From Myxococcota bacterium (GTDB lineage: Bacteria > Myxococcota_A > SURF-8 > G963663525), in assembly GCA_963676915.2 (NCBI GenBank), contig CAXXVK010000012.1, forward strand, positions 32,001-96,000: a DNA stretch of 64,000 bases. The letters are read 5' to 3'. Shown piece after piece: positions 1 through 9,697 of this stretch. Below the pieces are notes generated by a model that did not search any database, was not told the DNA's origin, and saw only the letters and a list, made by a program, of their open reading frames with translations. The stretch's first letter is position 1. Each line of letters opens with the position of its first letter. Position numbers and translations under genes: made by a program.

Positions 1-1
1 A

Positions 2-970
2 CGAAAGCTCTGTCCCGATTGGGAAGGAACGATTGAAACCCCGGAATATCGGTACACCATCCGAACCGACACCTTCGGGATGCGCTCGCCCCAACCCGAA
101 AAAACAGACACGCCGCGACTGCTCGGGCTTGGCGATTCCTTCGCCTTCGGTCAGGGCGTGCAACAAAAAGAAACGTTTTATGCTACTTTGCACGATCGTT
201 TAGCCACATCGTTTCCCGATGCGGCAGTCTACAATGCCGCTTGTCCTTCCTGGGGACCACCTCAGCAGGCAGAAGTTGCCTCCCGCAGCCTAAAATCCCT
301 TCGGCCAGATCTCGTAATTGTGGCGTTTTACAGCGGCAATGATTTATTCGATACCCTATTGTATCGCGATCCCCGCTCGGCAGTGGTTCGGGAAACATTG
401 ATTCAAGATCAACCTTTTTCGGAAACGTTTTCCTGGTTTCAACGCTTGTGGATTCATCGCTTTTTCGAAACCTCCGTCATTCCCCGCTTACCTTCCGCGT
501 TGGGCGCTCTGTTTCTTTCCGAACGAGACCGGGCCTTGGGTGCTTCTCCCACAACGACTTTGGAATGGACGCTGTTTTCCAAGGAAAAAGATGAAACAAT
601 CGAGCGTGGTTGGAAAGAGGTGCAGACCGATTTCAAACATTTGAAATCATTAACAAAACAATCCGAATCGCAATTATTGGCCGTTTATATTCCGACCGAT
701 GCCGAAGTCCGCCTGCAACGGTGGCAAGCTTTACTCGAACGATCGGAAAAAAACGCCGAAGCTCTTGACGACTCTCTCCCCCGAACCCGGTTTTCCAAAC
801 TGTGTCGTGCTTTGGATATCCCCATGGTTGATCCGTCCGAGGTACTGCGGGCCAGCTCAACAGAACCGTACTATCGTCTCGACCGTCACCTCAACGCAGA
901 AGGACACCGTATTGTGGGAGAACAGATCTATTTGTATTTAACGAGTGATTCCTGGCTTTCACGTCCGTGA
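2..970 (+). CDS. SGNH/GDSL hydrolase family protein (5' partial)
   Basis: LGDSFAFG block-I motif, GND block III and DRHLNAEGH (DxH) block V. The frame is open from position 2, so the real start lies upstream of the window. Confidence 0.85.
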   Translation, partial: RKLCPDWEGTIETPEYRYTIRTDTFGMRSPQPEKTDTPRLLGLGDSFAFGQGVQQKETFYATLHDRLATSFPDAAVYNAACPSWGPPQQAEVASRSLKSLRPDLVIVAFYSGNDLFDTLLYRDPRSAVVRETLIQDQPFSETFSWFQRLWIHRFFETSVIPRLPSALGALFLSERDRALGASPTTTLEWTLFSKEKDETIERGWKEVQTDFKHLKSLTKQSESQLLAVYIPTDAEVRLQRWQALLERSEKNAEALDDSLPRTRFSKLCRALDIPMVDPSEVLRASSTEPYYRLDRHLNAEGHRIVGEQIYLYLTSDSWLSRP

Positions 971-1057
971 CAGATTTCCCATACAACGTTGAAAACGGGT
1001 GCATCACAAAATGGTGCGAATTGGCCCAACAATATTGAAGCATTCATTCGTTTGGTT

Positions 1058-1152
1058 GTAGCGGCGAGGCCTAAGCCCGCCGAAAAGGGAGATTGGGGGT
1101 ATAAAAGCAACTTTCAAAAGGCAAAAACGGCGGGCTTACGCCTCGCCGCTAC
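1058..1152. repeat. GTAG-family REP doublet (two inverted 25-bp REPs with a 45-bp spacer)
   Basis: GTAGCGGCGAGGCCTAAGCCCGCCG at 1058-1082 and its reverse complement (24/25 identical) at 1128-1152. Each copy is GTAG followed by a bulged hairpin, located between convergent genes. Confidence 0.8.
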
Positions 1153-1223
1153 GAAAAAAAAGAGGATTTTACGAAAGTCGCTATATCTTGTGATGCACCC
1201 GTTGAAAACACTACCGCTTTTTA

Positions 1224-4200
1224 TCACTCGCACCAGGGTGGTATGTTCGAGTAAACCTGCTGGCACGTCTTTCCGTCGCTGCTGATAACATCGGTAATTT
1301 TGTCACACCAGATCGAACGTGGGTTGACGCAATCCAGCGGATCGAACGGACCGCTAACCGCCCAGAAGGGATTGGCGTAGTGTTCCACCGTCAGGTCCGG
1401 AACGGGAACTTCGGCGGTCTCCGGTGTAGTGGAAAGAACTTCGATTTCACCATCTCCAAGTAGATCTAAACCTTCCACCTGTTTCTCGGCGTCCCAGACA
1501 ATGTCCGCAACTTTCCAATACGTCAGGGTTTTTGTAAATTTTAACTTGATAGCTTCATCCGTGAACTGACCCGTGGCCGGATCGAAGTAGATTTTGGCGT
1601 TTGCATTGATCAATATTTTTACATATGCCGTCACGGGAGATTCTGGAGATACATCCATCAATGGATCACTGAACAGACGCACGACTACCCGATACGTGCC
1701 ACTTGCCGGATTTTCAAGAGAAATGACCTCCGGTCCCCAGCCATCTACATCGTCGATATCCAAGCTGGGATCGTCGTCCTCCTCGTTTTTGACTCCCCAA
1801 TCCGGTTGATGATTTTGGAAGAAGCACGTATCGTTGATCACGTCTTCGGTATGCTCCGCGCACACGTACTTCGGGCTACCCCCCTGAGAGTCTTGCCAGG
1901 AACGACAATAACCGTCCTTAATCGCGCAAAGTTCCTGTGAAGGCTGACATGTTGCTCCATCACCGCAATCGGAATCATCGCCGCAATAGTTATTTTCATC
2001 GTCGGTGCAAATGCCACAATAGATCGACAGGGGAGGATAAGGTTCATCCCCGGTCGGTGGTCTATCGAAATACAATGCACATTTGTCATCCGAACAAAAA
2101 TACCCGTAGGCATAATCGAAACACTGCCGATCGTTCGTGCAAATCTTGTCACAAAAATTCATGTTTTGATCGCAATGAAAACCACCCGTGCAATCACTAT
2201 CGTCAGAACAACTCAGAGAGCGCCAGGAATCTGATTGGATACGATCGTCTTTGGCCTGACTCACAGCGAACGTTCCTTCGTCGCGCTTTCGAACGAGGTA
2301 TAAGTCCATATCCACCCCACGTAGCCCGTCACCACCTTTGTCCCAGACAAGCTCGACATATAGTTTTTTCGAGGGTCGTACCACCACCTCACGTGTGGCG
2401 TACTCTTCGCATTGCGGACAATCTTCGCTCGGACCGGAAACCATCCCTGCGCTGTCTTTCACCTTCAGACGAAACTTGTAGGTTCCAGCCGTGGGGAAAA
2501 AGATTTTCGTCTCTCCACAATCGGTGAAATCATCACCACCGCTTGTGATGTCGTTTTCGCTGTCGTAATCGTTGTTTTGAATATCGCAAACCAGCACGGC
2601 ATCCGTCGCAGAAGCCGGACGTCCGCCCGGCGACCAGGACCACTGGTAGGTCAGCGGCTCACGGATCTCCCCGTAAGGACTGAAGGACTGCAACCCGCTC
2701 ATTTTGAATTCGCTCAATGGCTGCGGAGAAGCATAAACATCATCCACAACAATGCTGGGTACGGGAGGACCGCAGTTTTCCACGCATTCCACCGGACCAA
2801 TGTCTTCCGTTTCGAATGAGCTACAGAAATCGAAGAACCCACCATATTGGTTACCAATGGGAGGCATGTAGACCTCGACCGTGTTCAGTGGAAACCCGTA
2901 ATTCCGGATATCTGCCCCACCGGCAACCAGCACGTTTCCATTGTCGAGCGCTGTTACGGTGAAATCTTCTCGCGCCACCTGCATCGAGGCCGTACCGAAG
3001 GGCGAGTTCGCCCGAACACCGCCGTTGCTTTCGCTTGCCACCGCACGAACCTGAATCGGTTTCAAATCCCAAACTCCCTGACAGGATTCGTCCCCTTCAC
3101 TATACGAAAAACGATAGATCTGGGCGCTTCGCTCGGTGGAATCGGTCAAACCGTTTCCTGTTCCAACAACGAACACAGAGTGGGTATCGGCATTGAGAAT
3201 GTCCCAATCAACCTCGTACAACGGCATTTTACCTGCGCCAAATACCTGGCAGGTGATTTTTCCATTTGCATCGATGGAAGGGTAGCCCTCGACATTGCCG
3301 TAGGTGGGAAACACACCGCTTTCGCACTGGTTTACACCACCAACCAAAACCGCCCGAGCCTGGTAAAGACGCTCTGGGTCGGGTTGGCCGTCAATCTGGG
3401 GAAACAGCGGAATCGCCGCATGTTTAGCCCGCCTGGCAAAGGTGTTTTCGCTTTCGCTTCGGCATCGTTTTTGACAGGGATCTTCAAGGCAACTTTCGGT
3501 TTGCGTATCGTAGGTAAAGCAGGAAAACTCCTGATTTGTCACGGAAAACACCTCTACCAGCGAAATGGTCGAAGGAATCTGAGTCTCGCCGTTTTCGATG
3601 ACTGTAACACCACCGGTGACAAGAACGTTCCACGTTTGAGAATCATCCTCTCCCGCCACTGGCAACACCGTCATAGCGTGACCGTAACGCGGTTCGTACA
3701 ACGTGGATTCCAACGGAACGACGTTATAGGTTTCGTAGTCGTAGTTCACCAAAACAGCTTGATTGCTGGCCAACCCTTCGGCGGTTAAACCTCCTGTTAC
3801 CAGTACTGATTTCGTCCCAGGAATTTTCACGGCTCGAGCATGAGTCACCGCAACCGGTAAACGCCCCAACGGCACGATAATTACACCTTTGTTCCCTTCG
3901 ATGTACTGTCCTAACAGTACCTCGTTCAAAAACGCTCCATCTGCGGTTCTACCACCTGCCAGCAGGAAAAAGGTCTGCTCTACACCCTCCTCCGAATCGT
4001 AGGGGAACGGACTATCGATTTCGCAAAACGCGAAATACGCCCTCCCTTCCTTCCAGCTTTCGCTATCGACATTCAAGGTTTCGTAACCATTGGTTTCAGG
4101 ATTGAACAAGTCCAACTCACGTGGTGCGATTTCGATGTTGTTTTCATTTGCCACGCCCCCGACAAACATCACTTTGCCGTTTTCCAGCTTCAGGGCGGCA

Positions 4201-4733
4201 TGACCCCTGCGAGCATGAGACATCATCGAAGGAGCAACGGCCACCCCTTTTTCAAGTTGGGGTGCGAGGTTGAAACTGTCGGTCTGCATTACAAAAAAAG
4301 CGAGCATCAACGGCGAATTATCGCTCGTGCCGATAAAAGAATTGGAAACGGCCCGAGAGCGAATATTGCCTAAATCGTCGGCCAGTTCGATCACCATTCG
4401 GTAGGTTTTTCCCGCTTCAGCTTTTTTCTGTAGAGCTTTGGCACGAGGAACAACTTCGTCTTTTAGAATTCCACTTTCATGCGCCCATTCATTCGAGGCC
4501 ACCAGCCCAGGCATTTCTCCATCCGTAGACACTTCGAACAACCCCAAACGTATGTTCTCGATTCCGACGAGATGATTGAACGATGTGTTTTCCTCATAGC
4601 CGCTATATACGCGGATTACGTCCCCCGAATTCGTATCTACACTCAGGCAACGAACGGAACCACACATCACGACTATGCTTGACAAGAACAGCAAGCGCAA
4701 ATATCCACTTTTGTACTTCGGTTTCGAAGGCAT
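1224..4733 (-). CDS. Large secreted/lipoprotein: Kelch beta-propeller, PKD/Ig-like domain, Cys-rich YfaP-like C-terminal domain
   Basis: About six Kelch repeats (e.g. ARRGHAALKLENGKVMFVGG, PRYGHAMTVL..VLVTGG, AREDFTVTALDNGNVLVAGG), LTYQWSW..GTYKFRLKVKDS, and VELVWD..DMDLYL..DIDDVDGWGPEVISL. Start moved to ATG 4733 (MPSKPKYK), which has a GGGGG SD and a signal-like N-terminus. Confidence 0.8.
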   Translation of the reverse strand: MPSKPKYKSGYLRLLFLSSIVVMCGSVRCLSVDTNSGDVIRVYSGYEENTSFNHLVGIENIRLGLFEVSTDGEMPGLVASNEWAHESGILKDEVVPRAKALQKKAEAGKTYRMVIELADDLGNIRSRAVSNSFIGTSDNSPLMLAFFVMQTDSFNLAPQLEKGVAVAPSMMSHARRGHAALKLENGKVMFVGGVANENNIEIAPRELDLFNPETNGYETLNVDSESWKEGRAYFAFCEIDSPFPYDSEEGVEQTFFLLAGGRTADGAFLNEVLLGQYIEGNKGVIIVPLGRLPVAVTHARAVKIPGTKSVLVTGGLTAEGLASNQAVLVNYDYETYNVVPLESTLYEPRYGHAMTVLPVAGEDDSQTWNVLVTGGVTVIENGETQIPSTISLVEVFSVTNQEFSCFTYDTQTESCLEDPCQKRCRSESENTFARRAKHAAIPLFPQIDGQPDPERLYQARAVLVGGVNQCESGVFPTYGNVEGYPSIDANGKITCQVFGAGKMPLYEVDWDILNADTHSVFVVGTGNGLTDSTERSAQIYRFSYSEGDESCQGVWDLKPIQVRAVASESNGGVRANSPFGTASMQVAREDFTVTALDNGNVLVAGGADIRNYGFPLNTVEVYMPPIGNQYGGFFDFCSSFETEDIGPVECVENCGPPVPSIVVDDVYASPQPLSEFKMSGLQSFSPYGEIREPLTYQWSWSPGGRPASATDAVLVCDIQNNDYDSENDITSGGDDFTDCGETKIFFPTAGTYKFRLKVKDSAGMVSGPSEDCPQCEEYATREVVVRPSKKLYVELVWDKGGDGLRGVDMDLYLVRKRDEGTFAVSQAKDDRIQSDSWRSLSCSDDSDCTGGFHCDQNMNFCDKICTNDRQCFDYAYGYFCSDDKCALYFDRPPTGDEPYPPLSIYCGICTDDENNYCGDDSDCGDGATCQPSQELCAIKDGYCRSWQDSQGGSPKYVCAEHTEDVINDTCFFQNHQPDWGVKNEEDDDPSLDIDDVDGWGPEVISLENPASGTYRVVVRLFSDPLMDVSPESPVTAYVKILINANAKIYFDPATGQFTDEAIKLKFTKTLTYWKVADIVWDAEKQVEGLDLLGDGEIEVLSTTPETAEVPVPDLTVEHYANPFWAVSGPFDPLDCVNPRSIWCDKITDVISSDGKTCQQVYSNIPPWCE

Positions 4734-5020
4734 GTTTCCCCCGATCATCCAGTTTTCTTTCCACTTGTGCGTCAAATCGGCAACTGCAAAAATGATTGTA
4801 GCCAACTTTGACATATCGTCAATCGAAAAAGGTGAATGAGTTCTTCCCTTTGAAAGAACTTCACCCAAGAATTGCGACGTATGTATAACTTTAGACGATT
4901 AGGAAAAGCCGAAATATAGCTATCCAGAACAAAAAAGATGCCTAATACAGCTTCTGAGAACTGTTCTAAAAATAAACACATCATCAAAAGTCTTCTTGTT
5001 TGAGCAATTTTTTTTTCAGC

Positions 5021-5086
5021 GAGAAGCTATCCCAAGGATTTCGAGGCAATATAGAGACGAATTCGTCGTTGGTGAGGCGCAGGATA
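5021..5086 (+). mobile_element. Degenerate partial copy of the 166-bp MITE-like element
   Basis: GAGAAGCTATCC..AGGATTTCGAGGCAATATAGAGACGAATTCGTCGTTGGTGAGGCGCAGGATA aligns with the left half of the copies at 44775, 46192 and 48531. Confidence 0.6.
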
Positions 5087-5152
5087 AAAAATCCTGCTCC
5101 CTTCATATCCGTTCAGCGGTCCTGAAAACAGATGGCAAAATGACGCCATTTT

Positions 5153-6007
5153 TCAGCATTTGGCGGCAGCTTTGAGTTTTTGCAGCAGTTCGTAAGGAAT
5201 ATTCAGGTTGCCTTTCCCAACACCCAAACGTGTATCGGGTTTGGCTTCACCATGAAAATCCGAGCCGCCCGTAACCAGCAGTCCCAAACGTTCGGCCAGC
5301 GAAATGAAGGTTTGCGTCTCTTTTTCGGAATGGTCCGTGTAGTGACATTCCAAGCCATCCAAACCGGCATCCGCCAGAGATTCCACAAGGCGTTCCAACT
5401 CCTTGCCTTCCGCTTTGACCCATTTCGGATGAGCCAACACGGCCAGGCCACCGGCCTGGTGAATCAACGCTACGGCTTCTTCCGCTGTGGCACGGCGTCG
5501 CTCGGCATAAGCCGGACGGTTTTTGCCCAAATAGCGGTCGAAGGCTTCGTTGAAAGACACCACCGCACCTTTTTCGATCATCGCCTTGGCGAAATGAGGA
5601 CGCCCTAAAGAGCTTCCTTCGTCCTTATCGTCTTTCTGCCGCAATACGTCTTCCAAGGTAATTTCGATACCGAGATCATTTAACTTTTGGATAATTTTGA
5701 CGTTTCGTTCGTCCCGGCTGTTTTTGAAATCTTCAAGGCTTTCGTTGAGTTCTTTGTGATCCGGGTCGAAAAGATAACCCAGCATATGGGCTGAACCGTT
5801 CCCCAGAGATACCGATATTTCAACACCGGCAATGCATTCGATGCCTATCTCTTTCGACGCATCCAAGGCTTCCCGAACGCCGGAAATCGTATCGTGATCG
5901 GTCAGCGCAAAAGCTTGCAAGCCTGCATCGAAAGCCATTTTCACCAATTGAGACGGACGAAACGTGCCATCCGACGCCGTGGAATGGGTGTGCAGATCGA
6001 TCCCCAT
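5153..6007 (-). CDS. PHP domain phosphoesterase (TrpH/YciV-like)
   Basis: DLHTHSTASDG, LTDHDT, GVEIS, AHP and GGSDFHG motifs. ATG 6007 is preceded by an AGGGGAG SD. Confidence 0.92.
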   Translation of the reverse strand: MGIDLHTHSTASDGTFRPSQLVKMAFDAGLQAFALTDHDTISGVREALDASKEIGIECIAGVEISVSLGNGSAHMLGYLFDPDHKELNESLEDFKNSRDERNVKIIQKLNDLGIEITLEDVLRQKDDKDEGSSLGRPHFAKAMIEKGAVVSFNEAFDRYLGKNRPAYAERRRATAEEAVALIHQAGGLAVLAHPKWVKAEGKELERLVESLADAGLDGLECHYTDHSEKETQTFISLAERLGLLVTGGSDFHGEAKPDTRLGVGKGNLNIPYELLQKLKAAAKC

Positions 6008-6035
6008 AACTCCCCTTTTCATTTTAAATTTCGGA

Positions 6036-6515
6036 TTACGAGCGTCGCTCTAGTTTACCGAGCAAGGCTTCGATCTTTTTCTTCCGGTTTTTCTTCAGAT
6101 GCTCGACGAGATTCTTTTCGAGTTTCCTTCCGATCACCGGAATGGGAATATCAAACACGCCCTTTTCAAGAAACTGACAGCTTTCATCGTCGTTTTCGAT
6201 GATTTTCGTCGTTCCCTCAACGCGAGCACGTGCGCCCACACCTTCGGATTTGCGAATCCAGGTACTGAACCGCTGGGCAACATCCCATTCGGTAGTCATT
6301 GTGGCCTTGATCACGCCGATTCCCATCGGCAACGGCTCTTCATAGACCAGTTTCGTCAGCAGGCGATGCTCCGTTTTCTCCACCACCGTGCAGTTCGGGT
6401 TTTCTCCACCCAAAACCCAGGTCCATTCTTCAATGAATTTTGGGTCCGTAACGGTTTCGAAAACTTTTTGTGCAGTGTAAGGAATCGTTTCGTTGAATTC
6501 CCAGTTCCTGGCCAT
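6036..6515 (-). CDS. SRPBCC/START-like (DUF2505-like) protein
   Basis: IPYTAQKVFETVTDPKF N-terminus and IPIPVIGRKLEKNL C-terminal helix typical of this fold. Confidence 0.6.
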   Translation of the reverse strand: MARNWEFNETIPYTAQKVFETVTDPKFIEEWTWVLGGENPNCTVVEKTEHRLLTKLVYEEPLPMGIGVIKATMTTEWDVAQRFSTWIRKSEGVGARARVEGTTKIIENDDESCQFLEKGVFDIPIPVIGRKLEKNLVEHLKKNRKKKIEALLGKLERRS

Positions 6516-6548
6516 AAATACAACCTCGTAGAAAGTGAGAATGCCGAT

Positions 6549-7385
6549 TCAGCGCCGCTTTCGGACTTCTTCGACCAACAGGGGTAAAATATCGCTTGTG
6601 GACCCTTCAAGATGCAACGTTTGAGGATTGTGACTCAAATGCGTGCTTTCCAAGTTGATTTCGATCAACCGCTTGCCTTTTTCGATCAACAGTTGAGGCA
6701 CCATATTGGCCGGAGCAACCTGGGCGCTGGTTCCGGCAACGATCATCAATTCCGCTCGCGTGGCATAGGCTTGTGTTTCCAGCAAAGCCACGGGGGGAAT
6801 CATCTCGCCGAAAAACACCACGTCCGGCTTGAGGATCTGACCGCAGGAGCATTCCGGCGGGTCGCCAAGCGATTTGACCTCGCTCTTGCTATACGATTTT
6901 CCGCAGGCGATACATATCAACCGTTTGGCATTGCCGTGGAATTCGATAACCTTTTGACTTCCCGCATCCTGATGAAGATTGTCGATATTCTGGGTAATGA
7001 TGGCTTCGAGCAGACCCATGCTTTCCAGGTCGGCCAACCCACGATGTCCCGGATTCGGGTCTTTCCCTTCCATCAATTCGTTCATTTCGCGGATCATCGT
7101 CCAGACCCGGTGCGGATCGGCCCGAAAACTGTCGATGTGGGCGTAATCGAAAGGATCGTATTTGGCCCAAAGGCCGTTATGAGAACGAAAATCCGGTATT
7201 CCCGAATCCACGGAGATTCCCGCCCCCGTCAGGGCAAGTGTCGAGGAAGATTCGAGAATCAAATCCGCCGCTTCACGGATTTTATCGTTTTCGTCCCGTA
7301 TACCGCTCATCCGCGTCCCTTTCGCCCACCGCTGCGAAATCGTCTTCCGTATGGCGTTTGACAACCTGCGGATCGACAAGGCCAT
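6549..7385 (-). CDS. cobB: NAD-dependent protein deacylase, Sir2 family
   Basis: LTGAGISVDSGIPDFR, ITQNIDNLH, EFHG, CxxC..CxC Zn site, KPDVVFFGE and GTS motifs. Alternative start at 7310. Confidence 0.95.
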   Translation of the reverse strand: MALSIRRLSNAIRKTISQRWAKGTRMSGIRDENDKIREAADLILESSSTLALTGAGISVDSGIPDFRSHNGLWAKYDPFDYAHIDSFRADPHRVWTMIREMNELMEGKDPNPGHRGLADLESMGLLEAIITQNIDNLHQDAGSQKVIEFHGNAKRLICIACGKSYSKSEVKSLGDPPECSCGQILKPDVVFFGEMIPPVALLETQAYATRAELMIVAGTSAQVAPANMVPQLLIEKGKRLIEINLESTHLSHNPQTLHLEGSTSDILPLLVEEVRKRR

Positions 7386-7416
7386 GATTCATCCCTCTTT
7401 CAAAGGTACAACATCT

Positions 7417-9495
7417 TCAATCCGGATCGCAAGCCTCACTACAATATTGCACGATTTCGCCCTCTTTAAGGAAGGTTTTTGTTTGATTAAGTACATGAGG
7501 CAACAAGCAGACATCGGTGTGCACGCCGTTGTCGTCGGTGGCCGGAACGTTGGTATTGGGAGGGAACGGATCTTGCGACTGCTCTATCATATGAACCTGA
7601 GACATCACCGATCCATCCTCGGACGCCTCGACGGTTTCCAAACCGTAAATGTCGTAAACGGAAGGCGTCAGCAACTGGACTCCCATACCGCGAGCCAGCA
7701 TTTCCGTTGTCATATTGGGAACTTGAGAATCTCCAATCGCTTCCTGAAGGATTACTCGCCGCCCTTCGGGGGCATCGTCGAGAGGATCTTTGAACATCAG
7801 TTGCGTGAGGTTGATGGGGTCGGACAAATCGAAACGGGTCTGAATGAACGCCTGCCCCATCTGCTGCACCAAAGGATCGGGATATTGCAGATCGAAAAAG
7901 GTTTTGATCGAATTCCACACCGTCGAGCGCGGCAGCATATTCGACCACACCGAGCCCGGCACGGCCAGGACAGCGCGGGTAATTCTATGGGAAATCGATA
8001 CCAGGCTGGAACCTTGAATGCCTCCCAGACTGACTCCGTAGTACAAAACTTCGTCCGTCTTGATCAAATCCCAATCGCCTAGCTTGACCCTGGAATCGTA
8101 TTGGAGAGTTCCAAGCGTCAGTTCGATCAAGGTCAGGTTGTTGATCAAAGACTGCTGCAAACGGTCGGTTATCAAACCGATGTTGTTGATATCGGGAACG
8201 ACTTTTTCCAAAATCACGTTGTAATCGCTCTTGGAAAGGCCAATCCAGTCGGTTGCCACGATTACAGCCTCGTTTTCCTGTGCCAGCGGCTGGATATACT
8301 GCGGTCCCGGCCAGTTCTTAAGATACCCTACTCCGTCACCGAAGATTCCATGCCCGAAGAGAATCAACGGCAGGGGTTCTTTTCTTTCCTCGGCGACTTT
8401 CGGAATCAGCATGGCAAAGGGAAACGTCAGGTTTTCGGATTGACGCACAGGGCGGTTCTGCTCGTCGTAGTCGAAGATGCTGTCTTCATTAATGAACGTC
8501 GGCACCTCGAATTCACCAATGACGATGCGGGCGATGTTTTCGCTAATGTCGTCCTTCGTCTGTTCCTCATCGATGGTGTATCCCAAACCGACACCTTCCA
8601 TCTCATCCAACGCCGTTTCTCGCATGGAAAGCACCGAGCCAAGCAAACGATCCTTGCTGGCCACCATATAATCCCAAGCTAAAAGAAGGTCGTTCCGTTC
8701 GTAACCATGTTCATCCAGGAAATCGAACATTTCGTTGTAATGTCCTCTGGAGGACTCGACCCAGTCGTTGGTGGTGGGAATGCCGTCTCTCAGGGCCTCG
8801 AAAGCCTTGGGACAGGGGACGGGAACCCCTTCGGTGTCGGTGATGTCGTTGGTGAAAACCACGATATGACGATGCCCCATTGCAAGCGGTTCCATAGGCC
8901 GAACGATCAAGGCATACCGGTTGGGGTAGTCTTCGATCCGATCCCGATTCATGTCCATTTCGGACAGGATGGCGATACGCTTCCCGGTGTCCCAATCAAA
9001 CAACGCGATGGGTGCGCCATCTTCTACCGTATCGGCGAGCGAATACTGATCCGACAGGAAATCTTCGTGAATATCGTAGCCCATATGCAGCAGGATCGGT
9101 CCGGCGGGACTGTAACCGTCGGAAAGATTGGCGCTGCTGATATCGAAAAACTTTTCTCCGCTTTCATCTTTGAGGGAATCGAGCGGATAATTTCCTCTAA
9201 TTCCCGTTGTGGTGTCCGTATCCTCCACTTCATAGTAACTGGAAGGAATCGGCAAAATGCATTCGTCACTCGTTGCGAAAGGATTGCATCCTTCTTTAAT
9301 CACCAGATCGATCGGTTCGACATCCTGAAGATCGTAGGCGTCTTCCTCCGAACCATCGAGTTCCGAAGCGATTTCTTCGCCATCCTGATCCCCGTGGTGA
9401 ATGGTGCTTTGCTTGTTGTCATCCGTACAAGCAATGACAAAAGCAAACAATGAGATCCAAAGCAGCCAAAAGTTCTTTTTGATTGTGCGTGACAT
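7417..9495 (-). CDS. Lipoprotein with alpha/beta-hydrolase (extracellular lipase-like) domain
   Basis: Lipobox VIAC, acidic linker, LFGHGIFG oxyanion motif, YYGVSLGG nucleophile elbow, GDSQVPN and a C-terminal His. Confidence 0.8.
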   Translation of the reverse strand: MSRTIKKNFWLLWISLFAFVIACTDDNKQSTIHHGDQDGEEIASELDGSEEDAYDLQDVEPIDLVIKEGCNPFATSDECILPIPSSYYEVEDTDTTTGIRGNYPLDSLKDESGEKFFDISSANLSDGYSPAGPILLHMGYDIHEDFLSDQYSLADTVEDGAPIALFDWDTGKRIAILSEMDMNRDRIEDYPNRYALIVRPMEPLAMGHRHIVVFTNDITDTEGVPVPCPKAFEALRDGIPTTNDWVESSRGHYNEMFDFLDEHGYERNDLLLAWDYMVASKDRLLGSVLSMRETALDEMEGVGLGYTIDEEQTKDDISENIARIVIGEFEVPTFINEDSIFDYDEQNRPVRQSENLTFPFAMLIPKVAEERKEPLPLILFGHGIFGDGVGYLKNWPGPQYIQPLAQENEAVIVATDWIGLSKSDYNVILEKVVPDINNIGLITDRLQQSLINNLTLIELTLGTLQYDSRVKLGDWDLIKTDEVLYYGVSLGGIQGSSLVSISHRITRAVLAVPGSVWSNMLPRSTVWNSIKTFFDLQYPDPLVQQMGQAFIQTRFDLSDPINLTQLMFKDPLDDAPEGRRVILQEAIGDSQVPNMTTEMLARGMGVQLLTPSVYDIYGLETVEASEDGSVMSQVHMIEQSQDPFPPNTNVPATDDNGVHTDVCLLPHVLNQTKTFLKEGEIVQYCSEACDPD

Positions 9496-9572
9496 GGTGT
9501 TTTCCTAACGGTCGAAAAAAAAGGCAAAATCGACAGATTCCTTTTTGTCTTGGTTTGACATAAAAAAAACGA

Positions 9573-9601
9573 ACTATAGCCGGAATTGAATTCTCTTGCA
9601 A
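9573..9601 (-). promoter_or_regulatory. Putative sigma70 promoter
   Basis: TTGCAA-17 bp-TATAGT on the minus strand, about 80 bp upstream of the hydrolase ATG. Confidence 0.5.
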
Positions 9602-9697
9602 CTACGTGAACACGAAAAGGTCAACACGCTCTGTAATCGACAAAAACTCAAATACAATTCGCCCCCCAACCATTGAATTTTCTATTTTTTTTAAGAA

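Noticed and set aside
989-1285. 98-aa ORF in the intergenic region
   Set aside because: Runs through the REP doublet and overlaps the end of the convergent gene; no SD or motif.
5079-5097. Hairpin GCAGGAT-AAAAA-ATCCTGC
   Set aside because: Short stem without an adjacent U-tract, overlapping the decayed element; not supportable as a terminator.
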